In this document: one piece after another, positions 43,459 through 53,254 of the stretch
How positions within the stretch are numbered: the first letter of the stretch is position 1
Layout: each line of letters opens with the position of its first letter
Source of the DNA: Candidatus Acidiferrales bacterium
GTDB taxonomy: Bacteria; Chloroflexota; Dormibacteria; Aeolococcales; Aeolococcaceae
Length of the DNA stretch: 64,000 bases
Direction of reading: 5' to 3'
NCBI GenBank assembly: GCA_035534435.1
Contig: DATLRX010000057.1
Span: 515 to 64,514 of the forward strand
Program-made: the position numbers and the translations under genes
The notes under the pieces: generated by a model
Seen by the model: the letters and a program-made list of their open reading frames with translations, nothing else
Told to the model about the DNA's origin: nothing
Databases searched by the model: none

Positions 43459-45179
43459 GCGAACCCGGCGAGGGAGACATCGCGCTGGCGTGCGTGAACG
43501 TGCTGCTCGACGAACTCGTCCTCGGTGGCGTCTCGCACATGTGCATGACACCGGGCTCGCGCTCGACGCCGATCGCGCTCGCCGCCGCCCGCCATCCCGG
43601 CATCACGCTCCACGTGCATGTCGACGAGCGTTCCTCCGCGTTCTTCGCGCTCGGCATCGCCGCGGCGTCCGGCGCGCCGGTGGCGACGTTCTGCACCTCG
43701 GGGACCGCCGCGGCGAACCACCATCCCGCGGTTGTCGAAGCATTCATGGCGCGGGTGCCGCTCATCGTGCTCACGGCAGACCGTCCGCCGGAGCTGCAGG
43801 GTGTGGGTGCCAATCAGACGATCAACCAGCAGGAGCTGTTCGGGACATTCGTCAAATGGTTCTGCGACAGCGGAGTGCCCGACGACGGCGCGCGGGCGTT
43901 CCATCACTGGAGCTCGCTCGGAGGGCGCGCGATCTTTCACGCTACCGGCGACCCTCCCGGGCCGGTGCACCTGAACCTTCCGTTCCGGGAGCCGCTGCTT
44001 CCCAGCGGCGATGCGATACACACGGGATCGCCGTTCGCACGCTCGACGTATACGGCGACGCACGCGTCGCCGGATCGCATGCCCGCGTTCGCCCGCGAAG
44101 TGGCGACCGGACACAGGGTCGTCGTCGTTGCCGGACGTCTTCGGGTGCCTCCCGCGGGCCTGGCAGAGCTCTGCGCCGAGCGCGGCTGGCCGCTGCTCGC
44201 GGAGCCGATCTCGGGGTTGCGCGGCGCCGCGAGCGGAGTGGACGGCGGCCCGCTTCGCGCGGGCGCCCTCCTCGCCGCCGACGCCGGATTCCGGGAGCGC
44301 CAGCACGCGGACCTCGTCATCCAGTTCGGCGCGGCGCCGACCTCACGCGGCGTGCAGGAGCTGGTGCGCAGCGCGGATCGGTTGCTCATCGTCGACCCCG
44401 ATGGTCTCGTCGCCGACCCGGATCGACGCTCGACGCTGACCATCGACCGTGACCCGGCGGCGGTCATCGCGGCGCTGCGCGAAACGCGCACGTCGCTGCC
44501 GCGCACGAGCCCGCAGTGGGCCGGCGACTGGCAGGAGGGCGATCGGCTCGTGCGTTTCGCGGTCGACGCCCTGCTCGATGGATGGAGTGAACCCTTCGAG
44601 GGACGGATCGCCCGCGACCTCGCCGCCGCGATCCCGAACGGCGGCGTGCTCTTCGCGGGCTCGAGCATGCCGATCCGCGACATCGACCAGTACATGGCAC
44701 CGCGCGACGGGCTTCGAGTGCTGGCCAATCGCGGCGCGAGCGGCATCGACGGGCTGGTTTCGACGGTGTTCGGCATCGCCGCCGTGAGCACCCCGACCTA
44801 CGCCCTGCTCGGCGACCTCGCGCTCCTGCACGATGCGGCGGGCCTGCTCTGGGGAGCACGACGCTGTCCCGGCGCGGTGCTCGTCGTGATCGACAACGAC
44901 GGCGGCGGCATCTTCTCCCTGCTCCCGCAGTCGTCCCTGCCGCGACAGGAGTTCGAGCTGCTCTTCGGCACGCCCCACGGCCTCGATCTCGAGGCGATCG
45001 CGCGCTCGGCGGGGGCGGGCGTGCGCTCGCTCGATCGTGCCGAGGTGTTCGTCCCTGCACTCCACGAAGCGGAGGCGTCCGGCGGCGTCCAGGTCGTGCG
45101 TGTGCGCGTCGACCGCTCGCGATCGGCGGCGTTGCGAGCCGAGGTCGGACGCACCGTGGCCGCAGCGCTCGCCGGCTGA
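43455..45179 (+). CDS. menD: 2-succinyl-5-enolpyruvyl-6-hydroxy-3-cyclohexene-1-carboxylate synthase
   Basis: 574 aa, ATGA overlap with the menC stop. ThDP enzyme: PGSRSTPIALA, TSGTAAANHHPAV, GDLALLHD...NDGGGIF. Confidence 0.92.
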   Translation: MSEPGEGDIALACVNVLLDELVLGGVSHMCMTPGSRSTPIALAAARHPGITLHVHVDERSSAFFALGIAAASGAPVATFCTSGTAAANHHPAVVEAFMARVPLIVLTADRPPELQGVGANQTINQQELFGTFVKWFCDSGVPDDGARAFHHWSSLGGRAIFHATGDPPGPVHLNLPFREPLLPSGDAIHTGSPFARSTYTATHASPDRMPAFAREVATGHRVVVVAGRLRVPPAGLAELCAERGWPLLAEPISGLRGAASGVDGGPLRAGALLAADAGFRERQHADLVIQFGAAPTSRGVQELVRSADRLLIVDPDGLVADPDRRSTLTIDRDPAAVIAALRETRTSLPRTSPQWAGDWQEGDRLVRFAVDALLDGWSEPFEGRIARDLAAAIPNGGVLFAGSSMPIRDIDQYMAPRDGLRVLANRGASGIDGLVSTVFGIAAVSTPTYALLGDLALLHDAAGLLWGARRCPGAVLVVIDNDGGGIFSLLPQSSLPRQEFELLFGTPHGLDLEAIARSAGAGVRSLDRAEVFVPALHEAEASGGVQVVRVRVDRSRSAALRAEVGRTVAAALAG

Positions 45180-45184
45180 GACGC

Positions 45185-46369
45185 TCAGTCCTCGGCGGGC
45201 AGGGCTCCGAGGGCTCTGAGCACGGGACCGAACTTGGCCTCGGTCTCGAGATCCTCAGCCGCCGGGTCGGAGCCGGCGACGATTCCCGCTCCGGCATGCA
45301 GGCGCGCCGTGGCGCCCGTGATCTCGGCGCAGCGAAGGGTGATCGCCCACTCGCCGTCGCCGCGGGCGTCGACCCAACCGACGAGACCGGCATAGAAGCG
45401 GCGGTCGAAGTCCTCGAGCCGGCTGATCACGGCCGACGCGGCGGCCCGCGGCGTGCCGCAAACCGCAGGCGTGGGGTGCAGCGACGCGGCCATCGCCAGC
45501 GCATCTGGCGCGTCGGGTCTGAGGGTGCCGCGGACGGCGGTCCGCAGGTGCCAGAGGGTGGCGGTGGGGCTCAGCGACGGCTCCGGATCGACGATCAGCT
45601 CCGAGCAATAAGGGGCCAGGCCGTCAGCGACCGCCTCGGCGATGAGCCGGTGCTCACGCTGCTCCTTTCCCGACGCCAGCAGCTCGCGGGCGATCTCCCG
45701 GTCCCGAGCGGGGTCCGCGCTGCGCAGCGCGGTTCCCGCCAGCGGGTCGCTCGACACCGTCATCCCCTCGCGGCGCAGGAGCAGCTCCGGGGAAGCGCCG
45801 ACGAGCGTGCTGCCGCCGCCGGGGAGCGAGACCAGGAACACGTACGACCCCGGCTCGGCAGCCGACAGCCTGCGCGCGACGACGCGCGGGTCGATCGGAC
45901 GGTCGGCCTCGACCGCCAGGCTGCGCGCAAGGACGACCTTCTCGATCTCACCGGCCTCGATCGCTTCAAGGGCGCGTTCGACAGCGGACTCGTAGTCGAC
46001 CGGGAGTGGCTCGGGGATGAGCGAGCGCACCGCCCAGACAGGCTCCGGCGCAATCCCGGAGAACGCCGGCTCGTCGCGCAGCGCCATGTCCGGCACGCGC
46101 AGCACGGCTTCGCAGCCGCCGCTGTACGGCAGCGCTCCGAGAGCGATCGCGGTTCCCCCGACCTCGGCCAGGACGGTCTGGGTCAGGGCAGCAGCGCGAG
46201 CGACATGATCAGGACCCGCCGGGACCACCACGGAGCGCGACCTCCCCATGGCCGAGACACCCGCGTCGCCATGCTGGATGACCACGCTCGAGCGCTCGCC
46301 GAAGGCCGCGAACAGATCGTCTCCGGCGGCATCAGCCCCGGCCTGCGGCGCGGGCCTCGTGAGGCTCAT
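45185..46369 (-). CDS. menF: isochorismate synthase
   Basis: ATG 46369 (MSLTRPAP) in ORF 45185..46579(-). Chorismate-binding C-terminus: LHPTPAVCGTP, RFYAGLVGW, GAGIVAGSDPAAE. Confidence 0.85.
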   Translation of the reverse strand: MSLTRPAPQAGADAAGDDLFAAFGERSSVVIQHGDAGVSAMGRSRSVVVPAGPDHVARAAALTQTVLAEVGGTAIALGALPYSGGCEAVLRVPDMALRDEPAFSGIAPEPVWAVRSLIPEPLPVDYESAVERALEAIEAGEIEKVVLARSLAVEADRPIDPRVVARRLSAAEPGSYVFLVSLPGGGSTLVGASPELLLRREGMTVSSDPLAGTALRSADPARDREIARELLASGKEQREHRLIAEAVADGLAPYCSELIVDPEPSLSPTATLWHLRTAVRGTLRPDAPDALAMAASLHPTPAVCGTPRAAASAVISRLEDFDRRFYAGLVGWVDARGDGEWAITLRCAEITGATARLHAGAGIVAGSDPAAEDLETEAKFGPVLRALGALPAED

Positions 46370-47055
46370 CGCCGGACCCCGATCAGGAGTTGCGCGGCGC
46401 CGGCGCCGAGCACCACACGACGGCAGTGCACGAATCCCGAGCGAGCGAGCAGATCGAGCAGGCCATCGGGCGGGGGGAGATACGCCGTGGACGCCGGGAG
46501 ATAGCGATAGGCGCTCCGGTCCGAGATCAGACCGCCGACGAGCGGGACGACGCGCCGGAAGTAGAGCGAGTGCATCCACCGAAGCACGGGGTTGCGAGGC
46601 TCCGACACTTCGAGAAAGACGGCGCGGCCGCCGCGACGGATCACTCGCGCCGCCTCATCGAAGCAGGAGCCGATGTCGACGACGTTCCGGAGCGCGAAGC
46701 CGCTGATCGCTCCGTCGACGGACGCGTCGCGTAGCGGCAGGGCGAGCGCGTCGGCGCGAACGAGGGGCGCTGTCGTGCGGGCCTTGGCGAGCATGCCGGC
46801 CGCCATGTCGACCCCGACGCCCTTCAATCCCGAGCGCTCGAGCACCCTGCACAGGTCGCCGGTGCCGCATCCCAGATCGACGACGCGCGCACCGGCCGGA
46901 AGCCGCAGCTCACGCACCGCACGGCGGCGCCAGCCGGCATCGAGGCCGAGGGTCATCACGCGGTTGACCAGGTCGTAGCGCGGCGCGATCCGGTCGAACA
47001 TCTCCTCGACGGCCTGCGCCTTCCGCTCGCCGATCGGGAGCTCGGCCGCGGTCAC
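46366..47055 (-). CDS. menG: demethylmenaquinone methyltransferase
   Basis: 229 aa. MFDRIAPRYDLVNRVMTLG, VVDLGCGTGD, FALRNV (UbiE/MenG signature). The stop overlaps the menF ATG. Confidence 0.88.
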   Translation of the reverse strand: MTAAELPIGERKAQAVEEMFDRIAPRYDLVNRVMTLGLDAGWRRRAVRELRLPAGARVVDLGCGTGDLCRVLERSGLKGVGVDMAAGMLAKARTTAPLVRADALALPLRDASVDGAISGFALRNVVDIGSCFDEAARVIRRGGRAVFLEVSEPRNPVLRWMHSLYFRRVVPLVGGLISDRSAYRYLPASTAYLPPPDGLLDLLARSGFVHCRRVVLGAGAAQLLIGVRR

Positions 47056-47092
47056 GAATCCACTCTACCAAGCATCCCGCCGGGCGCCTGAC

Positions 47093-48133
47093 TCAGCCCT
47101 GATCGATGGCGCGGCTCGACCGCGGATGCATGCGGAGGACCGTCTCGACCGCGAACACCACGATCGCGGTGGCCACCGCGACCACGGCGAGGAGTTCGGC
47201 GAGGCGCTCGGGACCACCGGACCCGGTCCCGACGACCCACCACAGCCAATCGCGGAATGCGAGCGCGGTCGGCACGGCGACGGAGCCGATGACTGCCGCA
47301 TCGACCACCCGGCGCCGCCATCCGGCCACGGGCCGGTCGCTCCGCACCAGGCCGACGTACGACCCCGCCGGGACGAGGAACGCGAACATCCCGCTCGATC
47401 CGACCACGACGTCGATCCAGAGGGCGGGTCCCGCCCCCTCACGGAGCAGCGTGTTCAGAGCGAGGAGCACCCCGAACGCGAGCGCCGCGGCGACGGCGGC
47501 GACCAGCGGGAACCGCCGGATCGGCCGGACGACCGCACGGTCGAGCCACGCGATGCCCTCGTGCGCGAAGCGCGCGAGCGGCCCGAGCCACCTCGTGCAC
47601 CATTCGGCGAGCACGAGGACGTCGCTGAGCAGGTCGGTGGCGGGCGCTGGGTCGCCGGTCATGTGCGGCACCGACCGGGCTGCGCGCCTCACGCCGACCC
47701 ATGCAGAGGCGACCGCGACGGAGAGCACCGCGATGACGGCGATCATCACCCCCGTACCGGCGATCCAGTTCTCCCGATTCGCCTGCACGGCAACGCTGAT
47801 CCAGTCGGCGGCGAGCGTCACCGTCATCGCGCCGAGCACCACACCGCAGCAGCGGAGGACGCCGAGCACCCGCTCGATCGGCAGCGGCTGATCGCGGCGG
47901 CAGAGCGCGATCCGCACCAGGCACACGGCGGCGACCAGGGGCACGAAGAACACCGCGAACGAGGTCACGGCGTCGTACGGGTCATTGCTCCACGGAAGGT
48001 GGTCGTACAGCCCGAGGAACTGCTTGGCCGGAAGCTGAAACGCGAGGAATACGAACGCGGCGACGAGCACCGCCCCGGCCGCGCGCGCAACGGTCTCACG
48101 GCGTGGATCTCCGACCGGAAGGTACGTCCGCAT
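47093..48133 (-). CDS. hypothetical polytopic membrane protein
   Basis: 346 aa with about 8 hydrophobic segments. No family recognised. Confidence 0.55.
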   Translation of the reverse strand: MRTYLPVGDPRRETVARAAGAVLVAAFVFLAFQLPAKQFLGLYDHLPWSNDPYDAVTSFAVFFVPLVAAVCLVRIALCRRDQPLPIERVLGVLRCCGVVLGAMTVTLAADWISVAVQANRENWIAGTGVMIAVIAVLSVAVASAWVGVRRAARSVPHMTGDPAPATDLLSDVLVLAEWCTRWLGPLARFAHEGIAWLDRAVVRPIRRFPLVAAVAAALAFGVLLALNTLLREGAGPALWIDVVVGSSGMFAFLVPAGSYVGLVRSDRPVAGWRRRVVDAAVIGSVAVPTALAFRDWLWWVVGTGSGGPERLAELLAVVAVATAIVVFAVETVLRMHPRSSRAIDQG

Positions 48134-48161
48134 GCCCGGATGAAACCACTGGCGCGGCCGT

Positions 48162-48977
48162 ATGGCTACGGTCGGCGCCCGGACGCGCTTCGTTTACCCT
48201 GGGGCCATGGCGGTCAGCTCCATCCCCGCGCCGAGCGCGGTCTCCGAGTCGCAGTCGGTCGCCGCGCGAGCAACCGACGCGGTCAAGGTCTACGGTCGCG
48301 GCGACGCAATGGTGCGCGCGCTGGACGGTGTGACCGTCGCGTTCGCGAAGGGCCAGTTCAGCGCGATCATGGGACCGTCTGGGTCCGGGAAGTCGACACT
48401 GCTGCACTGCCTCGCCGGTCTCGACCGGCTCACATCCGGAACCGTGCACATCGGCGATGTGGAACTGGGCAGCCTCGGCGACAAGTCGCTCACGCTGCTG
48501 CGCCGCGAGCGCGTCGGCTTCATCTTCCAGTCGTTCAACCTTGTTCCGACGCTGTCCGCGTACGACAACATCGTCCTGCCGCTGACCATCGCGGGCCGCA
48601 AGCCGGACGCCGCCGCGCTCGCGGAGGTGGTGCGCATCACCGGGCTCGGCGACCGCCTCAAGCATCGTCCGAACGAGCTGTCCGGCGGGCAGCAGCAACG
48701 CGTCGCGGCGGCGCGCGCACTCGCCAGCCAGCCCGAGATCATCTTCGCCGACGAGCCGACGGGAAACCTCGATTCGAGAGCGAGCAGCGACCTGCTGGAC
48801 TTTCTGCGCCATGCGGTGTCCGAGCTCGGCCAGACCATCATCATGGTGACGCACGATCCCATCGCCGCCGCTCACGCGGACCGTGTGGTGTTCCTCGCCG
48901 ACGGACACGTGGTCCACGAGATGCATGGACCGACGGCCGACAGCATCCTCGGCGTCATGCGTCACCTCGGTGACTGA
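48162..48977 (+). CDS. ABC transporter ATP-binding protein (MacB/LolD/FtsE type)
   Basis: GPSGSGKST, LSGGQQQRVAAARAL, IIFADEPTGNLD. The alternative start ATG 48207 (MAVSS) is possible. Confidence 0.9.
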   Translation: MATVGARTRFVYPGAMAVSSIPAPSAVSESQSVAARATDAVKVYGRGDAMVRALDGVTVAFAKGQFSAIMGPSGSGKSTLLHCLAGLDRLTSGTVHIGDVELGSLGDKSLTLLRRERVGFIFQSFNLVPTLSAYDNIVLPLTIAGRKPDAAALAEVVRITGLGDRLKHRPNELSGGQQQRVAAARALASQPEIIFADEPTGNLDSRASSDLLDFLRHAVSELGQTIIMVTHDPIAAAHADRVVFLADGHVVHEMHGPTADSILGVMRHLGD

Positions 48978-48999
48978 CCAGCTCACGCGGGGTTGACGG

Positions 49000-51537
49000 A
49001 TGCTCGGGGTCAGCCTGAGAAGTCTGCTCAGCCACAAGCTCCGGCTTGCGCTCACCACCATCGCGGTGATCCTCGGTGTGTCGTTCGTCGCGGGCACCTT
49101 CATCCTCACCGACACCATCAACGCGACATTCACCGGCATCTTCAACACCGCCGAGGCAGGGGTGGCGGTCACCGTGCACGGTCATCCGATTGCGGGCGAA
49201 GGCAAGGGCATCGGCGGCGGGCAGTACCATCCCGTCCCCACGTCATTGCTCGCCACGGTGCGCGCCGTTCCGGGTGTCAAGGATGCAGTCGGAAACATCT
49301 TCCGCAACGGCGCGACCCTGATCGGGAGCGACGGGAAACCCATCGGCGGCAACGGTCCGCCGACATTCGGCGCCGGCTGGATCACCGACAAAGGCATCTC
49401 TCCGTACCACCTGCGCAGCGGTCGTGCTCCGACGCAACCGACCGACGTCGTCGTGGACGCGGGCACCGCGACGAAGAACAATCTCTCGGTGGGTGAGTCC
49501 ATCCCCATCGTGTTTCAGGGTGGCGTCGAGCAGCACTTCACGATCTCCGGTATTGCGGGATACGGCAGCTCGGACAATCTCGGCGGCGCGACGATCGTGC
49601 TCTTCAGCGAGGCCACGGCCGCGCAGGTGATGAACACCCAGGGCAAGTACGACAGCATCCTCGTGAGCGCTGACAGTGGCGTCACGGATGTCGTGCTGCG
49701 TGAGCGCATCGCGCAGGCACTCCCCGGCTACGCCGAGGCGGAGACGGGTCAGCAGGCAGCGCAGGAAGCAGAGCAGAGCACCGAGAACACGATCAGCACG
49801 TTCATCGGCACGCCGCTGCTCATCTTCGCCTTCATCTCGCTGTTCGTCGGCTCGTTCCTGATCATCAACACATTCAACATCCTCGTCGCGCAGCGCACGC
49901 GAGAGCTGGCATTGCTCCGCGCGCTGGGTGCGACGCGGGCGCAGGTGCTGCGGTCGGTCCTCATCGAGGCGGCCCTGACCGGGATCGTCGCGTCGATCCT
50001 CGGTTTCGCGGTCGGCATCCTCATCGCCAAAGCGCTGCTCTCCGTCTTCGGGTCGGCGTCGACCGCGGGCATCACGCTGCTGCCGCGCACGCTGGTCATC
50101 GCCGTGCTCGTCGGCACGATCGTCACGGTCATCGCCGCCTCCCTCCCGGCTCGCCGAGCCACGAAGATCTCGCCGGTCGAGGCGCTCGCCGAGGCGCTCC
50201 CGGAGACACAGCCGCTGCCGCGACGTCGCATCGTCACCGGGCTCGTCGTCTTCCTGCTCGGATGCGCCGCGCTCGGCGTCGGGTTGTCCACATCGAGCGA
50301 CGCGAAGTTGCAGCTCATCGGCGCGGGGTTCCTCGCGGTGTTCGTCGGTGTGGCTCTGCTGGCGCCGCTTCTGGTGGTGCCCGTCGCGATCGTGCTCGGC
50401 TGGCCGGTGCGACATCTCCGCGGCGCCCCCGGCATCCTCGCCGGCGAGAACGCGCGACGCAACCCGCGTCGCACGGCGTTGACCGCCGCGGCGCTGATGA
50501 TCGGTCTCGCGCTCGTCACGATGGTCGCGGTGCTCACCGACTCGCTGCGGGTCTCCACCAACGATGCGATCGAGGGCGCGTTCCGCGCCAACTTCATCGT
50601 CTTCACCGAAGGCCCGGACTTCAGCACGCAGGCGGCGCAGACGCTCTCTGCAGACCCCGCATTGAGCGACGTCACCGAGGTACGCGGCACATCGGTCCTC
50701 ATCGGCGGCAGCTCCCAGAGCATCGCGGCCATCGACCCCACCAACCTGGGCCGCGTGCTGACGCTGAACATGGTGTCCGGCGAGGCAGCAACGATCGCAT
50801 CGACCGACACTGCGATCGTGGACCAAACGGAGGCCACGGCGTCGAAGGTGCACGTCGGTCAGATGGTGACCTTCAACTTCCCGCAGGGTTCCGCGGTCCG
50901 GATCCGCGTCGGCGGGATCTACACGGCCAACGCGCTCGTGAGCGGCTACATCGTGTCGATCGCGACCATGGCGCCGCAGGTGCCGACGCAGCTCGACGAC
51001 ATCCTGCTTGCCAATGCCGCTCCCGGAGTGTCGGAGAGTCAGGCGGAGCAGGCGCTCATGCACGACGTCCGCGCGTTTCCGTTGCTCAAGGCGATGAGCC
51101 GGTCCGAGTACCGCGCGTTCGTCGGTTCGCAGCTCGACAGCTTCCTCAACCTGATCTACGTGTTGCTCGCGTTCGCGATCATCATCGCCGTGCTCGGCAT
51201 CGCCAACACGCTCATCCTGAGCGTGCTCGAACGGACACGCGAGATCGGCGTGCTGCGCGCACTCGGGATGACACGCTCGCAGACGCGTTCGATGGTGCGC
51301 TGGGAGTCCGTGATCATCTCGCTGCTCGGTGCCGTGCTCGGGTTGAGCGTCGGCCTCGGTCTCGGTATCGCGGTGACCGGTTCACTGCACGACCTCGGCA
51401 TCACACAGGTGTCGGTGCCCGGAGGGAACCTCGCGATCTATGCCGTGGCTGCGGGCGCCTTCGGCGTCCTGGCCGCGATCTTCCCGACGATCCGCGCGTC
51501 ACGCGTCGACATCCTGCGGGCGATCACGGTCGAGTAG
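49000..51537 (+). CDS. ABC transporter permease with duplicated FtsX domains (MacB-like, ~10 TM)
   Basis: 845 aa. Two FtsX-type 4-helix modules (..FNILVAQRTRELALLRALGATRAQV.. and ..LILSVLERTREIGVLRALGMTRSQT..), each preceded by a large extracytoplasmic domain. Confidence 0.88.
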   Translation: MLGVSLRSLLSHKLRLALTTIAVILGVSFVAGTFILTDTINATFTGIFNTAEAGVAVTVHGHPIAGEGKGIGGGQYHPVPTSLLATVRAVPGVKDAVGNIFRNGATLIGSDGKPIGGNGPPTFGAGWITDKGISPYHLRSGRAPTQPTDVVVDAGTATKNNLSVGESIPIVFQGGVEQHFTISGIAGYGSSDNLGGATIVLFSEATAAQVMNTQGKYDSILVSADSGVTDVVLRERIAQALPGYAEAETGQQAAQEAEQSTENTISTFIGTPLLIFAFISLFVGSFLIINTFNILVAQRTRELALLRALGATRAQVLRSVLIEAALTGIVASILGFAVGILIAKALLSVFGSASTAGITLLPRTLVIAVLVGTIVTVIAASLPARRATKISPVEALAEALPETQPLPRRRIVTGLVVFLLGCAALGVGLSTSSDAKLQLIGAGFLAVFVGVALLAPLLVVPVAIVLGWPVRHLRGAPGILAGENARRNPRRTALTAAALMIGLALVTMVAVLTDSLRVSTNDAIEGAFRANFIVFTEGPDFSTQAAQTLSADPALSDVTEVRGTSVLIGGSSQSIAAIDPTNLGRVLTLNMVSGEAATIASTDTAIVDQTEATASKVHVGQMVTFNFPQGSAVRIRVGGIYTANALVSGYIVSIATMAPQVPTQLDDILLANAAPGVSESQAEQALMHDVRAFPLLKAMSRSEYRAFVGSQLDSFLNLIYVLLAFAIIIAVLGIANTLILSVLERTREIGVLRALGMTRSQTRSMVRWESVIISLLGAVLGLSVGLGLGIAVTGSLHDLGITQVSVPGGNLAIYAVAAGAFGVLAAIFPTIRASRVDILRAITVE

Positions 51538-51550
51538 AAGCGATAACCCC

Positions 51551-51567
51551 GCTGACGTGCCGTCAGC
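51551..51567. terminator. possible bidirectional hairpin between convergent genes
   Basis: GCTGACG-tgc-CGTCAGC (7-bp stem, 3-nt loop) lies 14 nt after the FtsX-permease stop and overlaps the NiCoT stop codon. There is no U-tract. Confidence 0.35.
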
Positions 51568-52663
51568 CGGACCGCCGCTGGGACGACGCTGCCCGTTCCC
51601 ACCGCTGCTCGATGCGGCCGAATCGCCAGATCGCGAGGGCAGCGGCCCAGGTGATGACGAACAGGCCGACGATGATGAACCCGGCCTCGTTGATGTTGAA
51701 GTTCGACATGAAATCCCAGAAGCCACCGGAGAACTTGAGCTGCGATGCAAGCAGTCCGAAGATCTCGATCGTGCCGATGAGCACCGCCACCACCACCGAG
51801 AGTCCCGTGATGGTGATGTTGTAGTAGACCTTGCGCACGGGCTTCGAGAACGCCCACCCGTAGGCGAAGTTCATGAAGGAGCCGTCGAGCGTGTCGAGCG
51901 TCGCCATGCCGGCAGCGAACAGGATCGGCAGGCTCAGCACCGCGTACCAGGGAAGGCCGGCCGTGGCCACGCCCGCGGTCGCCGCGAGCAGCGCCACCTC
52001 AGTCGCCGTGTCGAAGCCGAGTCCGAAGAGCACGCCGACCGGATACATCTGCCAGGGACTCTTGATCGCCCGCATCAGCTTGCCGAAAAAGCGCGTCATG
52101 AGCCCGCGCGCGTTCAACTGCTGCTCGAGCTCCTCGTCGTTGTAGCGGCCGCGACGCATCTCGAGAAACACCTTGACGATCCCGACGAGGATCACCAGGT
52201 TGAGCGCGGCGATGAGGTAGAGGAAGGAGCCCGACACCGCGGTGCCGATGATGCCGCCGAACGTCGCGACCGTCGAGTTGGAGCTGCTGACCTCAGTGAC
52301 GATCGCGCGGGCTGCGAACGTCAACCCGATCCCGAGCACGAAGACGACGCTCGAGTGACCGAGCGAGAACCAGAAGCCCACCGACATCGGCCGCTTGCCC
52401 TCGGACATCAGCTTTCGGGTCGTGTTGTCGATGGCTGAGATGTGATCCGCGTCGAACGCGTGCCGGAGCCCGAGCGTGTAGGCGGTCACTGCGACGCCGA
52501 TGCCGAGAAACTTGGAGTGCTCGGGAAGGATCGCGAGGATGAACACGCCCCAGCCCACGACGTACAGGCCGATGATGAAACCGACCATGCCGCCGACCCT
52601 GCCCCACTCGCGCGGCGTCAGCGAGCCGCGGATCCGGGTCAGGCGAGACGGCGTCGCGGCCAT
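51563..52663 (-). CDS. nickel/cobalt transporter, NiCoT (HoxN/HupN/NixA) family
   Basis: 366 aa. Signature RHAFDADHISAIDNTTRKL in TM2 and LGHSSVVF; 8 TM helices. Confidence 0.88.
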   Translation of the reverse strand: MAATPSRLTRIRGSLTPREWGRVGGMVGFIIGLYVVGWGVFILAILPEHSKFLGIGVAVTAYTLGLRHAFDADHISAIDNTTRKLMSEGKRPMSVGFWFSLGHSSVVFVLGIGLTFAARAIVTEVSSSNSTVATFGGIIGTAVSGSFLYLIAALNLVILVGIVKVFLEMRRGRYNDEELEQQLNARGLMTRFFGKLMRAIKSPWQMYPVGVLFGLGFDTATEVALLAATAGVATAGLPWYAVLSLPILFAAGMATLDTLDGSFMNFAYGWAFSKPVRKVYYNITITGLSVVVAVLIGTIEIFGLLASQLKFSGGFWDFMSNFNINEAGFIIVGLFVITWAAALAIWRFGRIEQRWERAASSQRRSG

Positions 52664-52745
52664 GTTGGCGTCCTCCTTGTCCCCCTGAACGTCAGGAGCC
52701 CGCCCAGCGTATCAAAACGCGACCAGCACGCAATAGCGTCCAGGA

Positions 52746-52781
52746 GCCATCTGCACCGTCCGCGCCGCAGCCTCAGATGGC
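52746..52781. promoter_or_regulatory. inverted repeat in the NiCoT / fur-family divergent intergenic region
   Basis: GCCATCTG (52746-52753) and CAGATGGC (52774-52781): 8-bp perfect arms with a 20-nt spacer, ending 16 nt before the ATG at 52797. Confidence 0.3.
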
Positions 52782-52796
52782 GGCTATCCTTGGGAT

Positions 52797-53237
52797 ATGG
52801 CGCCCACCACTGTCGATGAGCTCGTGGCGCAACTCCGCGATGGCGGCTCGAGGGTCACCACCGCCCGCCGTCTCGTGCTCACGGCCCTCGTCCAGGGCGC
52901 CAGCCACCCCACCGCCGAGGAGCTGCTGGCGGCGGTTCGCACGCTCGCGCCCGACGTCCACGCCTCCACGGTGTATCGCAACCTCGAGGAGCTCGAGCGC
53001 CTCGGCGTCGTCATCCACAACCACCTCGGGCACGGCGCGGCCACCTACCACCTGGCGACCGAGGCCCACGGGCACCTCGTCTGCGAGGTCTGCGGCGACA
53101 CGATCGAGGCCCCCGATGACCTGTTCGCGGCCATGGCCGAGGGCGCCAAGCGGCGCCTCGGCTTCGAGCTTCGCCCGTACCACTTCGCCGTCCTCGGCGT
53201 GTGCGCGGCGTGTGCGCAGGCGGGCACCGGCGCCTGA
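52797..53237 (+). CDS. Fur-family metalloregulator (Zur/Nur-like)
   Basis: 146 aa. Recognition helix region ASTVYRNLEELERLGVV; HLGHGAATYHL metal-site His residues; CEVCGD...CAAC structural Zn site. Confidence 0.85.
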   Translation: MAPTTVDELVAQLRDGGSRVTTARRLVLTALVQGASHPTAEELLAAVRTLAPDVHASTVYRNLEELERLGVVIHNHLGHGAATYHLATEAHGHLVCEVCGDTIEAPDDLFAAMAEGAKRRLGFELRPYHFAVLGVCAACAQAGTGA

Positions 53238-53254
53238 GGTTGCCACAGGCAGGC

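Noticed and set aside
42666-44306. 546-aa minus-strand ORF antisense to menC and menD
   Set aside because: Shadow ORF opposite genes with clear enolase-superfamily and ThDP-enzyme motifs.
47126-48973. 615-aa plus-strand ORF spanning the membrane protein (antisense) and the ABC ATPase (off-frame)
   Set aside because: Extremely Arg/His/Asp/Pro-rich and runs across two well-supported genes. Shadow ORF.
49243-51063. 606-aa minus-strand ORF antisense to the FtsX permease
   Set aside because: Arg/Asp/Glu-rich shadow ORF. The sense strand has duplicated FtsX modules.
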